From assembly GCA_001563335.1 (NCBI GenBank), contig LRSL01000047.1:1-51565 (forward strand): 51,565 bases of DNA. The letters are read 5' to 3'. The position numbers and the translations under genes are program-made. The stretch's first letter is position 1. Each line of letters starts with the position of its first letter. The notes under the pieces are model-generated. The model was not told where the DNA came from and did no database searches. It saw only the letters and a program-made list of their open reading frames with translations. Below are positions 1 through 8,826 of the stretch, piece by piece. The stretch is from Candidatus Thorarchaeota archaeon SMTZ1-45. GTDB taxonomy: Archaea; Asgardarchaeota; Thorarchaeia; Thorarchaeales; Thorarchaeaceae.

Positions 1-703
1 TCGACGACCGCCTTCGCCACTGGTGGTCCTCCGTAGATCATTAGATTTCACCCTTACCTACGGAATACCGTCGCCGTCTCCCGTCCCCAAGTAATGCGGT
101 ATCCCTACCAGACCGACCGTTGAGCGACCGGATTTAAGCAGGGACCTACAGAACCGGCTACGAACGCTTTAAGCTCAATAATTATGGACACCACTCGAAG
201 AGCTGGTTTTACCGCGGCGGCTGGCACCAGCCTTGCCCTCTCCTTTCTAGCGGTCCACCTTACGGATCCGCCACAGATGGAGTTATCCCCCATCACTCGG
301 CTTGGCCCACTCGCGCTTTCGCGCATTGGTGAGGTTTCGTAACTGCTGCGCCCCGTGGGGCTAGGGCCCTTATCTCAGTGCCCTTCTCCGGGCCACGACT
401 TACATCGCCCGTTCGGGTCATAACCTAAGTGGGCAGTTACCCCACTTACAAGTATGATCCGGTGCCGTCCCGTCCTGTGGCGAAATATCCAACATACCTA
501 GGACACTCATTTCAGAGCAACATCATTTCCAGAACGATGCTCTTATGACGGATTACCGCCAGTTTCCCGGCGTTGTCCGAATCCACAGGGTAGGTTAACG
601 ACACTACTGAGCCGTTCGCGACGGACTCGGATGCGAGCCCGTTCCACTTGCATGTCTTAACCCCAAGCCGATAGCAGTGCCCTCTAGCAGGATCAACTAG
701 AGT
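1..703 (-). rRNA. rrs: 16S rRNA, 5' ~700 nt (gene continues off the left edge)
   Basis: Reverse complement contains universal SSU motifs: 5' end ACTCTAGTTGATCCTGCTAGA, ACGGGGCGCAGCAG, GTGCCAGCCGCCGCGGTAA and GGTGAAATC...CACCAGTGGCGAAGGCG. Archaeal type. Confidence 0.98.
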
Positions 704-734
704 TGTGCCCTCTAGCAGGATCAACTAGAGTTGT
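677..734. repeat. Perfect 28-bp tandem duplication of the 16S 5' end
   Basis: GTGCCCTCTAGCAGGATCAACTAGAGTT at 677-704 and 705-732. Confidence 0.97.
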
Positions 735-1055
735 CCTAATCATACACGGTTAGCAAGGTGTGACTGGAGTAGTAGTCAGTCTCCGTGTACAATGTTTACA
801 CACTTTGAACTATGATTGCTTGATGAAGTACAGGCGTAACGGGGCTAGCAGAGATGGCTTACCCAATTAATGCCTGCACACTGTTGAGCGTATCTTAGAC
901 CTGAGGGCATTCTGACACTCCCTGTGCCAGTCTATCTCACGTCCGCATCTTGTCGTCGTGTCTGGAAATCACCAACCATCATCGCTTGGCATTCGCCGAC
1001 AGCATCCGGCCTGACACCGTATGACACGAAAGCAAACCCCCCCGCGAAGAGTTCG

Positions 1056-1070
1056 AATAAAAAGCTTTCC
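1056..1070 (-). promoter_or_regulatory. Probable 16S rRNA promoter (BRE+TATA), giving a ~330-nt 5' leader
   Basis: Minus strand GGAAAGC-TTTTTATT, followed by a GC-richer structured leader down to the 16S 5' end. Confidence 0.6.
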
Positions 1071-1159
1071 AAGGGGCGACATTGATGGTGTAAAATTGAC
1101 CAAATTCCAATGATTTCTAGCATTGGCACGGAATGTTGTCATGTTCTGATAAGAAAAAA

Positions 1160-1246
1160 GGTGATGGAAGAGCGGGGACATGCCCCGCTATTCACAGCGG
1201 TTCAGGATCTCCTGTCCGCTTCCTGCAGTTGTCGGCGGCTTCCATC
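1160..1246 (-). ncRNA. Candidate ~85-nt tRNA-like structured ncRNA of unknown class
   Basis: TTTATATT about 22 nt upstream; terminal stem GATGGAAG/CTTCCATC; internal stems CAGG/CCTG and AGCGGGG/CCCCGCT; 3' ACC then a T6 tract. Confidence 0.6.
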
Positions 1247-1297
1247 TAAGATAATATTGGGTTCTTTGAATATAAAGTAATGATGAACGAATTGTCA

Positions 1298-1370
1298 GGA
1301 TGAATCGTCTAGTAAATTCATTCTCAGAATATGTCATAGATTCATCCAAAAGCCATAGATGATTCATCCA
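1298..1370. promoter_or_regulatory. Three copies of GATTCATCC (putative operator)
   Basis: GGATGAATC at 1298-1306 (inverted), GATTCATCCA at 1339-1348 and 1361-1370, just upstream of a TTAATAA TATA-like box. Confidence 0.55.
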
Positions 1371-1417
1371 TTGTTAATAAGACCAAAAACCGACGAGAGT
1401 ATGGTAGGCGTCACCAA

Positions 1418-2059
1418 ATGCAAGCGGATTTACTTTCATTAATCAGATTGGATCTAATCTTCGAGTCCATTAGTGGACTTATTGCATTGATTGTAACCAT
1501 CTATGCGACAAAGGCATACAATTTGACTGGACAAAAGAGGCTCTCAGACCTATCTACAGGGTTTCTTGTCCTATCGATTGGAATGTTTGGAAGGGTTGTT
1601 GGAACATGGTACTTCATAGTACAGTTTGGATTAGATGGCGATTCAGGAAATCTGGTAATTTCGATTGTAACGATTGCTTATGGTGCTTCGAGGATAATGG
1701 CCTATGTTCTATTTCTGATTGCAACTAGACCTCCTCGCTATCGTGAGTCAATAAATGGAAACAATATGACTGGAGTAAGTCTACTCTTAGCCACGATACT
1801 TGTGGACCAATCATTGGAAGTAGTAGCAATACTTGTCTTGGTTGGAGTAGTCATTCAGGCAATAATCAATTATTCATCCTCACGAAGCAGATACGCACTC
1901 TATGTCTTGGTTGGATTCTTCTTCATTCTACTGAGTCATATCCAAGTGGCTCAGACTTTGATAAATCCAGGCATGTATTTGATGAGTCAGTTTTCACAGT
2001 TGATTGGATTCTTGTCATTTCTGGTCTTGCTTTATAGGACAGGCAAGGAAAATGAGTAG
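1418..2059 (+). CDS. Polytopic membrane protein (6-7 TM, internal 3-TM repeat; DUF7521-like)
   Basis: 213-aa ORF with hydrophobic helices and a repeated TM-(K/N)xY-x-R-x-L-x-GF unit. Confidence 0.8.
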   Translation: MQADLLSLIRLDLIFESISGLIALIVTIYATKAYNLTGQKRLSDLSTGFLVLSIGMFGRVVGTWYFIVQFGLDGDSGNLVISIVTIAYGASRIMAYVLFLIATRPPRYRESINGNNMTGVSLLLATILVDQSLEVVAILVLVGVVIQAIINYSSSRSRYALYVLVGFFFILLSHIQVAQTLINPGMYLMSQFSQLIGFLSFLVLLYRTGKENE

Positions 2060-2345
2060 AAAACGGGCCTATCGCTCAAAAATGCGCATCTTAGCTGATA
2101 TGATGCGTGCCATCCAAGGTGAAGGCGAGGAAGGTGCAGGCCCAACAAAGATACTCTATGCTGCAAACCTGTCTCACGACAGATTGACCCAGTATCTCGA
2201 TGAATTAATCGAGAAAGAACTCATTAAAGAAGCAAATCCAGAGAGTGATAGCAGGGTATATTTCCTCACTGAGAAGGGAAGAGAGTTCCTAAGAGAGTTC
2301 GTGAGAATTGAACGGTTCTCAGAAGCGTTTGGTATTGAAGTTTAG
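2052..2345 (+). CDS. Winged-helix DNA-binding protein (HTH_45/COG3432-like)
   Basis: RSKMRILAD...GPTKILYAANLS...YFLTEKG pattern; ATG at 2052 overlaps the end of the upstream gene. Confidence 0.85.
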   Translation: MSRKRAYRSKMRILADMMRAIQGEGEEGAGPTKILYAANLSHDRLTQYLDELIEKELIKEANPESDSRVYFLTEKGREFLREFVRIERFSEAFGIEV

Positions 2346-2389
2346 TAGACAAGGTTTTAAGATTCATCAAGTGGTGAGTCTTCTGAAAT

Positions 2390-2466
2390 GGGCCGGTAGA
2401 TCAGACTGGTAGATCGTCTGATTCGCATTCAGAAGGTCGCGAGTTCAAATCTCGCCCGGTCCACCA
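2390..2466 (+). tRNA. tRNA-Ala(CGC)
   Basis: Full cloverleaf GGGCCGG...TCTGA-TT-CGC-AT-TCAGA...TTCAAAT...CCGGTCC-A-CCA, with the G3:U70 Ala identity pair. Confidence 0.98.
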
Positions 2467-3701
2467 TCATCCTTTTTGATTTTGATTAGTGAAAGCATCA
2501 CCAGAGCAATTAGTGTGACTATAATCGAGTATAGAAAGGCAAATGGAGGTGCAATATCCCAAAGATATCCAATGATGATACCAGCAGGTAATGCAGTAAT
2601 TCCTACAGCCATCTGGAAAGCTCCGATTATGCTTGCTCTTCGTTCTTCTTCCACCAAGTCAGCTACGAGAGTTGTCTGAACTGGATCAAGCGCACCATTC
2701 ATCAGTCCAAAGGTCAGAAATAATGGGATTATCAATAGACCAAATGACACTGCTAACTCAAATATTAGATACCCCCAAGCTGCAGTGACAAGCAAGAGAA
2801 AGAATGCAACAATCAGTATAGGTTTTCGACCAACTCTGTCTGAGAGTCTTCCAAAGGGATATGCACTTCCTGCATAAACTGCAGTGAAAAGCATATAGAG
2901 AAGAGTCTGTTGATGAGGTTGATCGAACCCATAGTTGCCTGCATACAGAAGGAGGAGTGAGTAGCTGAATGCAGCAAATGCAATCAGGAGCGAAGCTATC
3001 AAGAAGATCTTCAGGTTTCTATTAAGACCCCGAAAACTAATGCCTTTGAAGACATCCTTTCCTCGTTTCTCTTTAATCAATACTGAAATCACAATGATAG
3101 AACCTATGGTTGGGATGGCTGCAAGAAGTATGATACCTAGATAACCAAGGAAATCGAAGAGAAACAAAGTAAGCAGGAGGGTGATAAATGTACCAAAGAG
3201 AGCACCAGCAGTATCAAGAGTCCTGAGAATACCAAAAGCTCGTCCTCTTTTTGATTCTGCTGCATGTCCTGCAACAATTGCATCCCTTGGAGGACCTCGC
3301 ATTTTGCCAAGACGGTCAATAGATTTCCAGAATATCAGTTGCAATTTGGAGGACAGTAGAGCCGCTAATACAAAGCCAATTCGGGAGAACATAGACAGGG
3401 AATATCCTAGTGTAATGAATGCCTTTCTCTTTCCAGTTCGGTCTGAGGCGTAGCCAGCAGCTAGTTTTGAAACAGATGTGACTGTAAGAGCAAGACTATC
3501 GATTATCTGAATTTGACCTGCGGTGAATCCTAGCTGCTTCTCTAGGAAAGTTGGCCATATTGGAGCAATCATATCGGAACCAGCATCATTCAGAAACGAG
3601 GCAGTTCCGAACACGTAGGCTGGGTCTCTCAGAGTTCCATCTTCAGCGCCTGTCTGTTCATCTATCACAGGTCCCACAACCCAAGATTCTATTGAAATCA
3701 C
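2445..3701 (-). CDS. MFS transporter
   Basis: About 12 TM; motif A GYASDRTGKRK and GRLSDRVGRKP. Confidence 0.92.
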   Translation of the reverse strand: MISIESWVVGPVIDEQTGAEDGTLRDPAYVFGTASFLNDAGSDMIAPIWPTFLEKQLGFTAGQIQIIDSLALTVTSVSKLAAGYASDRTGKRKAFITLGYSLSMFSRIGFVLAALLSSKLQLIFWKSIDRLGKMRGPPRDAIVAGHAAESKRGRAFGILRTLDTAGALFGTFITLLLTLFLFDFLGYLGIILLAAIPTIGSIIVISVLIKEKRGKDVFKGISFRGLNRNLKIFLIASLLIAFAAFSYSLLLLYAGNYGFDQPHQQTLLYMLFTAVYAGSAYPFGRLSDRVGRKPILIVAFFLLLVTAAWGYLIFELAVSFGLLIIPLFLTFGLMNGALDPVQTTLVADLVEEERRASIIGAFQMAVGITALPAGIIIGYLWDIAPPFAFLYSIIVTLIALVMLSLIKIKKDDGGPGEI

Positions 3702-3759
3702 GGATTAATATTCTAATTGGATTCCTAGTCCTATGCAAAGTCATTTTACTGAAACCAAC

Positions 3760-4167
3760 ATGGACACAGACATGGTCGATGTTTTACGAAAAGAGGTTCC
3801 ATATGGGTTTGATGAAGCAGTAAAGAGAGTCGAAGATGCATGCGTGAGTGAGGGGTTTGGCCTGCAGCTCACAAAAGGTGTTCATGACATTTTCAAACAG
3901 AAGCTTGGCATTGATGACTATCCCAAATACACTGCAATCCTTGTGTGCAACCCACACCTAGCAAAGAGAGCTCTTGACATCTCAAAGGACATGGGTACAA
4001 TCTTTCCTTGCAGCTTCACAGTCTATGAAGAGAATGGAAAGGTCATGGTTGCGCATACTTCAATCATGAGGATTGGTGTTGAGGTTGGTCTTGCCTCAAA
4101 AGAGGATATGGAAGATTTGATTGAAGAAACTGGAAAACGTATTAGAAAGGTATGGGATAAAATCTAG
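3760..4167 (+). CDS. DUF302 family protein
   Basis: ILVCNPHLAKRAL...GTIFPCSFTVYE motif; start uncertain. Confidence 0.85.
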   Translation: MDTDMVDVLRKEVPYGFDEAVKRVEDACVSEGFGLQLTKGVHDIFKQKLGIDDYPKYTAILVCNPHLAKRALDISKDMGTIFPCSFTVYEENGKVMVAHTSIMRIGVEVGLASKEDMEDLIEETGKRIRKVWDKI

Positions 4168-4211
4168 AGAGATTCGAAAGCTTCACAAGAGTGCATCACT
4201 CCAGAAAAGTC

Positions 4212-4973
4212 ATGAAAGAGCAGATACGTGAGCAGTGGGATACCAACGCTGATGCTTTCGTGGACCTCATTGGTGGAGAGGGAACACCTCACCATAAAAA
4301 AATCTTGAATCCATGTGTCGAGAGACTGCTCGGAAATGTCAAGGATAAAACTCTCCTTGATGCAGGGTGTGGAGATGGATATCTCTCAAGGTACTATGCC
4401 AAGAAGGGAGCTATAGTCACTGGCGTGGACATATCTCCAAAGCTGATAGATGTTGCAAGGAAACCCGGTTCAGATATTGATTACAAGATTGCAGACATCT
4501 GCAATCTTGAAGACCTTCAAAACAACTCCTTTGATCTAGTGCTGTCAAATCTGGTGCTTCTGAACATTCCATGTCTTAACGAAGCCATCAAAGAGTTTCA
4601 TCGCGTGCTAAAACCTGATGGAGTTCTAATATTCTCAATTGTTCATCCAGCATTCAATTTCTATGGACCTGGCTCTTGGCAGATGGGGGAGAAAGATCCG
4701 AAGACCAATAGACGGCAAGGTATCTATTTCAAAGTGGACCATTATTTTGAAGAGAAGGAGTACCAGCGATATTGGAAGACACGACAAGGTGAAGATTTTC
4801 CTGCACCAATCAGTTTCTTTCACAGAACCTTGTCTACGTATCTGAACACTCTATCCAGCGCAGGGTTTCACTTGATAGAGTTTGTCGAGCCTGAACCCAT
4901 GGATGACGATCTATTCTTTGATCGGGAAAGACGTATTCCGTTCTTTGCTGTACTAAAAGCAAGAAAGATGTAG
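4212..4973 (+). CDS. Class I SAM-dependent methyltransferase
   Basis: LLDAGCGDG motif I, GVDIS, RVLKPDG. Confidence 0.92.
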   Translation: MKEQIREQWDTNADAFVDLIGGEGTPHHKKILNPCVERLLGNVKDKTLLDAGCGDGYLSRYYAKKGAIVTGVDISPKLIDVARKPGSDIDYKIADICNLEDLQNNSFDLVLSNLVLLNIPCLNEAIKEFHRVLKPDGVLIFSIVHPAFNFYGPGSWQMGEKDPKTNRRQGIYFKVDHYFEEKEYQRYWKTRQGEDFPAPISFFHRTLSTYLNTLSSAGFHLIEFVEPEPMDDDLFFDRERRIPFFAVLKARKM

Positions 4974-5032
4974 AGTTGCCATGCCTAAACCCTTTTTCGA
5001 TGTAATAGTTGGCAGTGGGATAGGTGAAGCTT

Positions 5033-5473
5033 GTGAGTGATGAGTCTGAACCAAGGTATTACCCTGTGAGATTAATATGGACAGGTGGCAAGAGTGGTAA
5101 TCTCCTTGTTGAAGGAAAAGCAACAATCAGGACAGGAGTACCATCAGGTGGGCCAGAAGAAGCTATGTTTCACTCTCCTGAAGATCTATTTGTTGCATCA
5201 GCCGCTATGTGTTACATGAATGGATTTGTGGAATTCACACGCAAAATGCGAGTCGATTTCACATCATTCGAATGTGACGCTGTAGGCACCCTAGAGAAGG
5301 TGGGGAGAAGCTTTGAAGTCACAAAAATAGATATGATAGCTAAGGTGAAGATTAGTTCTGAAGACATCAATAAGAGGATTGATCGTGCACTAGAGCTAGC
5401 TGCAAAGTACTGCTTCATTGGGAACAGCATGAAATGTCCAATTACTCACGAAACTTTGGTCAAGGTTGAGTGA
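5033..5473 (+). CDS. OsmC/Ohr family protein (paralog 1)
   Basis: SPEDLFVASAAMC and KYCFIGNSM, both conserved Cys present. Confidence 0.88.
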   Translation: MSDESEPRYYPVRLIWTGGKSGNLLVEGKATIRTGVPSGGPEEAMFHSPEDLFVASAAMCYMNGFVEFTRKMRVDFTSFECDAVGTLEKVGRSFEVTKIDMIAKVKISSEDINKRIDRALELAAKYCFIGNSMKCPITHETLVKVE

Positions 5474-5524
5474 CCCAACCAAACGCTTTTCATAAATTAG
5501 AAACACAAAAAGCAGGTGACATAG

Positions 5525-5959
5525 ATGAACGATGATTCGCATGAGTACACAGTAAAGGTAGATTGGACACATGACCGAGTTGGAAACTTGTCTGTTGAGG
5601 GCAAACCAACAATTCAAGTTTCATCACCGCCTGAGTTTGAGGGTCCTGAAGGAATAATCTCGCCTGAGGATCTATTCGTTGCAGCTGCGACATCATGCTT
5701 AATGACCACATTTGTGACTTTTACCAAGAGGATGCGTTTTGATTTCAAGTCATTCTCGTGTGTGGGACATGGCAAGCTTGAGCGGGTTGACAAGGGTTTC
5801 CAATTTACTAAACTACTCCTTAAAACCAATGTAGAGGTTGAGTCAGAAGATCTTAAGCCTAAGGCTGAGAGAGCACTGGAGCTAGCTGGAAAATACTGTC
5901 TGGTTTCTAACAGTATGAAATGTCCTACCGAACATGAGAACACTGTCATTGTTGTATAG
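5525..5959 (+). CDS. OsmC/Ohr family protein (paralog 2)
   Basis: SPPEFEGP..SPEDLFVAAATSC and KYCLVSNSM. Confidence 0.9.
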   Translation: MNDDSHEYTVKVDWTHDRVGNLSVEGKPTIQVSSPPEFEGPEGIISPEDLFVAAATSCLMTTFVTFTKRMRFDFKSFSCVGHGKLERVDKGFQFTKLLLKTNVEVESEDLKPKAERALELAGKYCLVSNSMKCPTEHENTVIVV

Positions 5960-5997
5960 ATGAAACGATTTCAATGACTACGATTGTCCACACATTG

Positions 5998-8463
5998 CTA
6001 CTCTTTTGATGGTGGAAGAATGTAAATCACATTCTGAGTTTCAGGGAGAGTCACTTCTATGAACCTTTCATCCTTTGGTTCACCGAAGCTGATTTTTTCA
6101 ACACCATGCATCGCTTGAAGGTCCCTAGTCCAAGGTTTCAGGTTCTCAGAGATATATGCTTCAGGAAGTCCTTGTCTAAGAGAAAGACCATTCTCACGCT
6201 TGAACTTCCAAAAACCTGAGTTTGTTTGCAGCAATAGTTCGGTATGTTCAGTGAGCGGCGAGTTCCATGTTTTCTCAGGAGAGGGATAGCTATGTCTGTG
6301 AACTCCTTTCGCATCGTAGAGTTCACGATAAATCTTGTCAGTGATGAAAGGAGTCATCGGAGCCAGAGCTCTTGTTATGACCTTCAATACTTCATGTAGC
6401 GTAAACCAAGCTGACTTCTGCTCCTCTTCTGTGAATGCACCATCTGAATTGAACGACCTGCCTTTAATCATCTCTAACACATGGTCTGCGAAGAAGTTCC
6501 ATGTGAATCCACGAATATCAATGGCGGGTTTATGGAAATCAAGCAAGTTACACTCTGGCACAATCCGTTCTACTAGGGCATTTGTTTCTGCAAGTATCCA
6601 CTGGTCAACTTGAGTCAGCTCCTTGAATGGGAGGGGGTCAGGGATTGGAAACATCGAGATGAACCGGGCAACATTATAGAGCTTGGTCATGAACTTCGAT
6701 AGACCTGCTAGACGGTCTTCTGAGAATCGAACATCGCTCCCGAGACCAGCCTCTAGAGCGCCGTAGATTCGCATCGCATCAGCACCGTATTTCTCCACAA
6801 ATGGCATTGGTGGAGGTGAGTTACCCTTCGACTTGCTCATAGCTTCTCCCTTGTCATCTACCACATGTCCAGAAACCCAGATCTCGCTGAAGGCGGGCTT
6901 CCCAGTCAGTTGTAATGTCCGGAGTAAAGAGTAGTAAAGCCATGTTCTAACAATGTCCTTTCCCTGTGGTCGCATGACATTACTGAAAGCTTTCCTGAAG
7001 AGCTGGTCATTATACATATACCCAACTGCTTGCATGCCACTTATTGAGGAGTCCATCCATGTGTCAAAGGTCCTCTCCTCGCTGACAAAGCCCTCCTCGG
7101 CACCGCATTCTGTACATTTCACAAACGGAGGGTCCTCCCGCCAAGGTTGATAATACCTTGGCTCATCAGTCAATTCTGGGACTAGAGGTTTGTTGCAAGA
7201 TTTACAGTACCATATTGGTATCTCAGTCCCATAATATCTCCTCCTGCTCACAGGCCAGTCCACTGTCACTCTGTTGAGCCAGTCAATGAGGATTTGCCTG
7301 TGAAAATCAGGGTAGAACGGCGTATCAGCCGCAATCTTGAGGAGATCCTCGACAAAGTCAACCTGCTTCAGATAATATTCATCCATTGCAATGAACTCAA
7401 TAGGAGTGCGACTACGCCAACATTGTGGCACTCTTTGAATGGTGTCTTCTTGTTTGAAAAGAAGCTTCTTGTCCTTAAGGTCATCAATCATTTTCATTCG
7501 AGCATCTTCGATCTTCATGCCAGCATATTGTCCAGCAGCCTCGGTCATAGTACCATTAGTCGCTACCGCAGCGATTGGTGTAAGCGCATGGTCGCGAAAA
7601 GCCATGACATCAGCCTGGTCTCCATAGCTGCACACCATCAATGCTCCAGTTCCAAACTCCATTTGTGCTGTGGTGCTTGGAATTATAGGAACTTCTAAGT
7701 CAAAGAGAGGCACTCTCGCATGCTTTCCATGGTAAGACTTGTATCGCTCGTCATCTGGATGAACGAACACTGCACCACAGGCGCATAGCAGCTCAGGTCT
7801 CGTAGTTGCGATCTCAAGAGGCTCTAGTCCTTCCACCTTGAAATACAGATAATGCAATTTTGTGGGACGTTCCTTATACTCTACCTCAGCATCAGCAATT
7901 GTGGTTCCGCATTCAAAACACCAGTTGTTGGGACGATAATCACTGTAGACTAGACCCTTGTTCCAGATTTCTATGAATGTTGCTTGTGTCACAGCTCGGT
8001 AACTTGGACTATCTGTCCGATAGCTGCCCTCATCCTCATAGGTGTTGAAGGCAATGCCAAGTCTCCTGAAGCCATTTAATGCAATCTTCTCATCTTCATC
8101 GAGACGTTCCTTGCATAGGCGGAGGAATTCCTCTCTCGGAGTTTCATGCATATGAATTCCAAGTTCTTTCTCAACTCGAACCTCAACTGGAAGACCATTT
8201 CGGTCAATTCCAAGGGGAAAATTCACCTCAAGACCTTGCATTCGTCTATAGCGAGCTATTGTGTCAATCTGAGAATAGTGAATTACTTGACCTACATGCA
8301 TTGGTCCTGAAAGATAAGGGGGAGGCGTGTCCACCGTATAGATGGTCTTACCGGAGTCCATATTGAACTCATAGGTATCCTCATTCGCCCACGTTTCGAG
8401 GAGCTCAGCCTCTGCCACGGGCTTCCAGCGTTTAGACTTAATTTTCGGTTCTATCTTAGACAA
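5998..8463 (-). CDS. valS: Valyl-tRNA synthetase
   Basis: DTPPPYLSGPMHVGQ (HIGH), IATTRPE, DWPVSRRRYYG, AMSKSKGN (KMSKS); probable TTG start at 8463. Confidence 0.95.
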   Translation of the reverse strand: MSKIEPKIKSKRWKPVAEAELLETWANEDTYEFNMDSGKTIYTVDTPPPYLSGPMHVGQVIHYSQIDTIARYRRMQGLEVNFPLGIDRNGLPVEVRVEKELGIHMHETPREEFLRLCKERLDEDEKIALNGFRRLGIAFNTYEDEGSYRTDSPSYRAVTQATFIEIWNKGLVYSDYRPNNWCFECGTTIADAEVEYKERPTKLHYLYFKVEGLEPLEIATTRPELLCACGAVFVHPDDERYKSYHGKHARVPLFDLEVPIIPSTTAQMEFGTGALMVCSYGDQADVMAFRDHALTPIAAVATNGTMTEAAGQYAGMKIEDARMKMIDDLKDKKLLFKQEDTIQRVPQCWRSRTPIEFIAMDEYYLKQVDFVEDLLKIAADTPFYPDFHRQILIDWLNRVTVDWPVSRRRYYGTEIPIWYCKSCNKPLVPELTDEPRYYQPWREDPPFVKCTECGAEEGFVSEERTFDTWMDSSISGMQAVGYMYNDQLFRKAFSNVMRPQGKDIVRTWLYYSLLRTLQLTGKPAFSEIWVSGHVVDDKGEAMSKSKGNSPPPMPFVEKYGADAMRIYGALEAGLGSDVRFSEDRLAGLSKFMTKLYNVARFISMFPIPDPLPFKELTQVDQWILAETNALVERIVPECNLLDFHKPAIDIRGFTWNFFADHVLEMIKGRSFNSDGAFTEEEQKSAWFTLHEVLKVITRALAPMTPFITDKIYRELYDAKGVHRHSYPSPEKTWNSPLTEHTELLLQTNSGFWKFKRENGLSLRQGLPEAYISENLKPWTRDLQAMHGVEKISFGEPKDERFIEVTLPETQNVIYILPPSKE

Positions 8464-8705
8464 AAGGATCAGTCTCCTTGATGTCAGCAAGGGTCGGCAC
8501 TTGCCGCATAAACTCGACAAAGTGATTTGACCTTTAAGAGTTATGGCCAAAGAAAACTAACCAGACCTAACGACGCAGTCATATCTGGTTACGTCAATCT
8601 ATGCACGATATAGGTGCCCAGGGAGAACGAGTTTTGAGGAGTGTGATGCAATTTTGAGAACGTTCAATTGTGATGGTTTTGATGGAAATGCACAATTTGG
8701 CGCGC

Positions 8706-8759
8706 TAGACCAGGTTTAGACGCATTTTGGGGTGGTCGAAAATTCGTCAAACTGGTCTA
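8706..8759. repeat. Imperfect inverted repeat in the valS/pyrH divergent intergenic region
   Basis: TAGACCAGGTTTAGACG...CGTCAAACTGGTCTA. Confidence 0.55.
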
Positions 8760-8826
8760 TTCAAGAAAGCTTCATTAATAGTGTCCAATAGAAGAACCTG
8801 TTCGTAAGTGCTTCAGGGGACATACT

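Noticed and set aside
105-1181. Short ORFs in the track (73, 70, 65 and 70 aa)
   Set aside because: They overlap the 16S rRNA, its leader and its promoter; spurious
1160-1246. Cobalamin riboswitch or tRNA-Sec/Pyl
   Set aside because: CCGACAACTG and CAGGAGATCCTG resemble B12-element pieces, but the GGGAA..GGTG.AA.TCC core is missing and no CDS follows; no UCA/CUA anticodon loop is present
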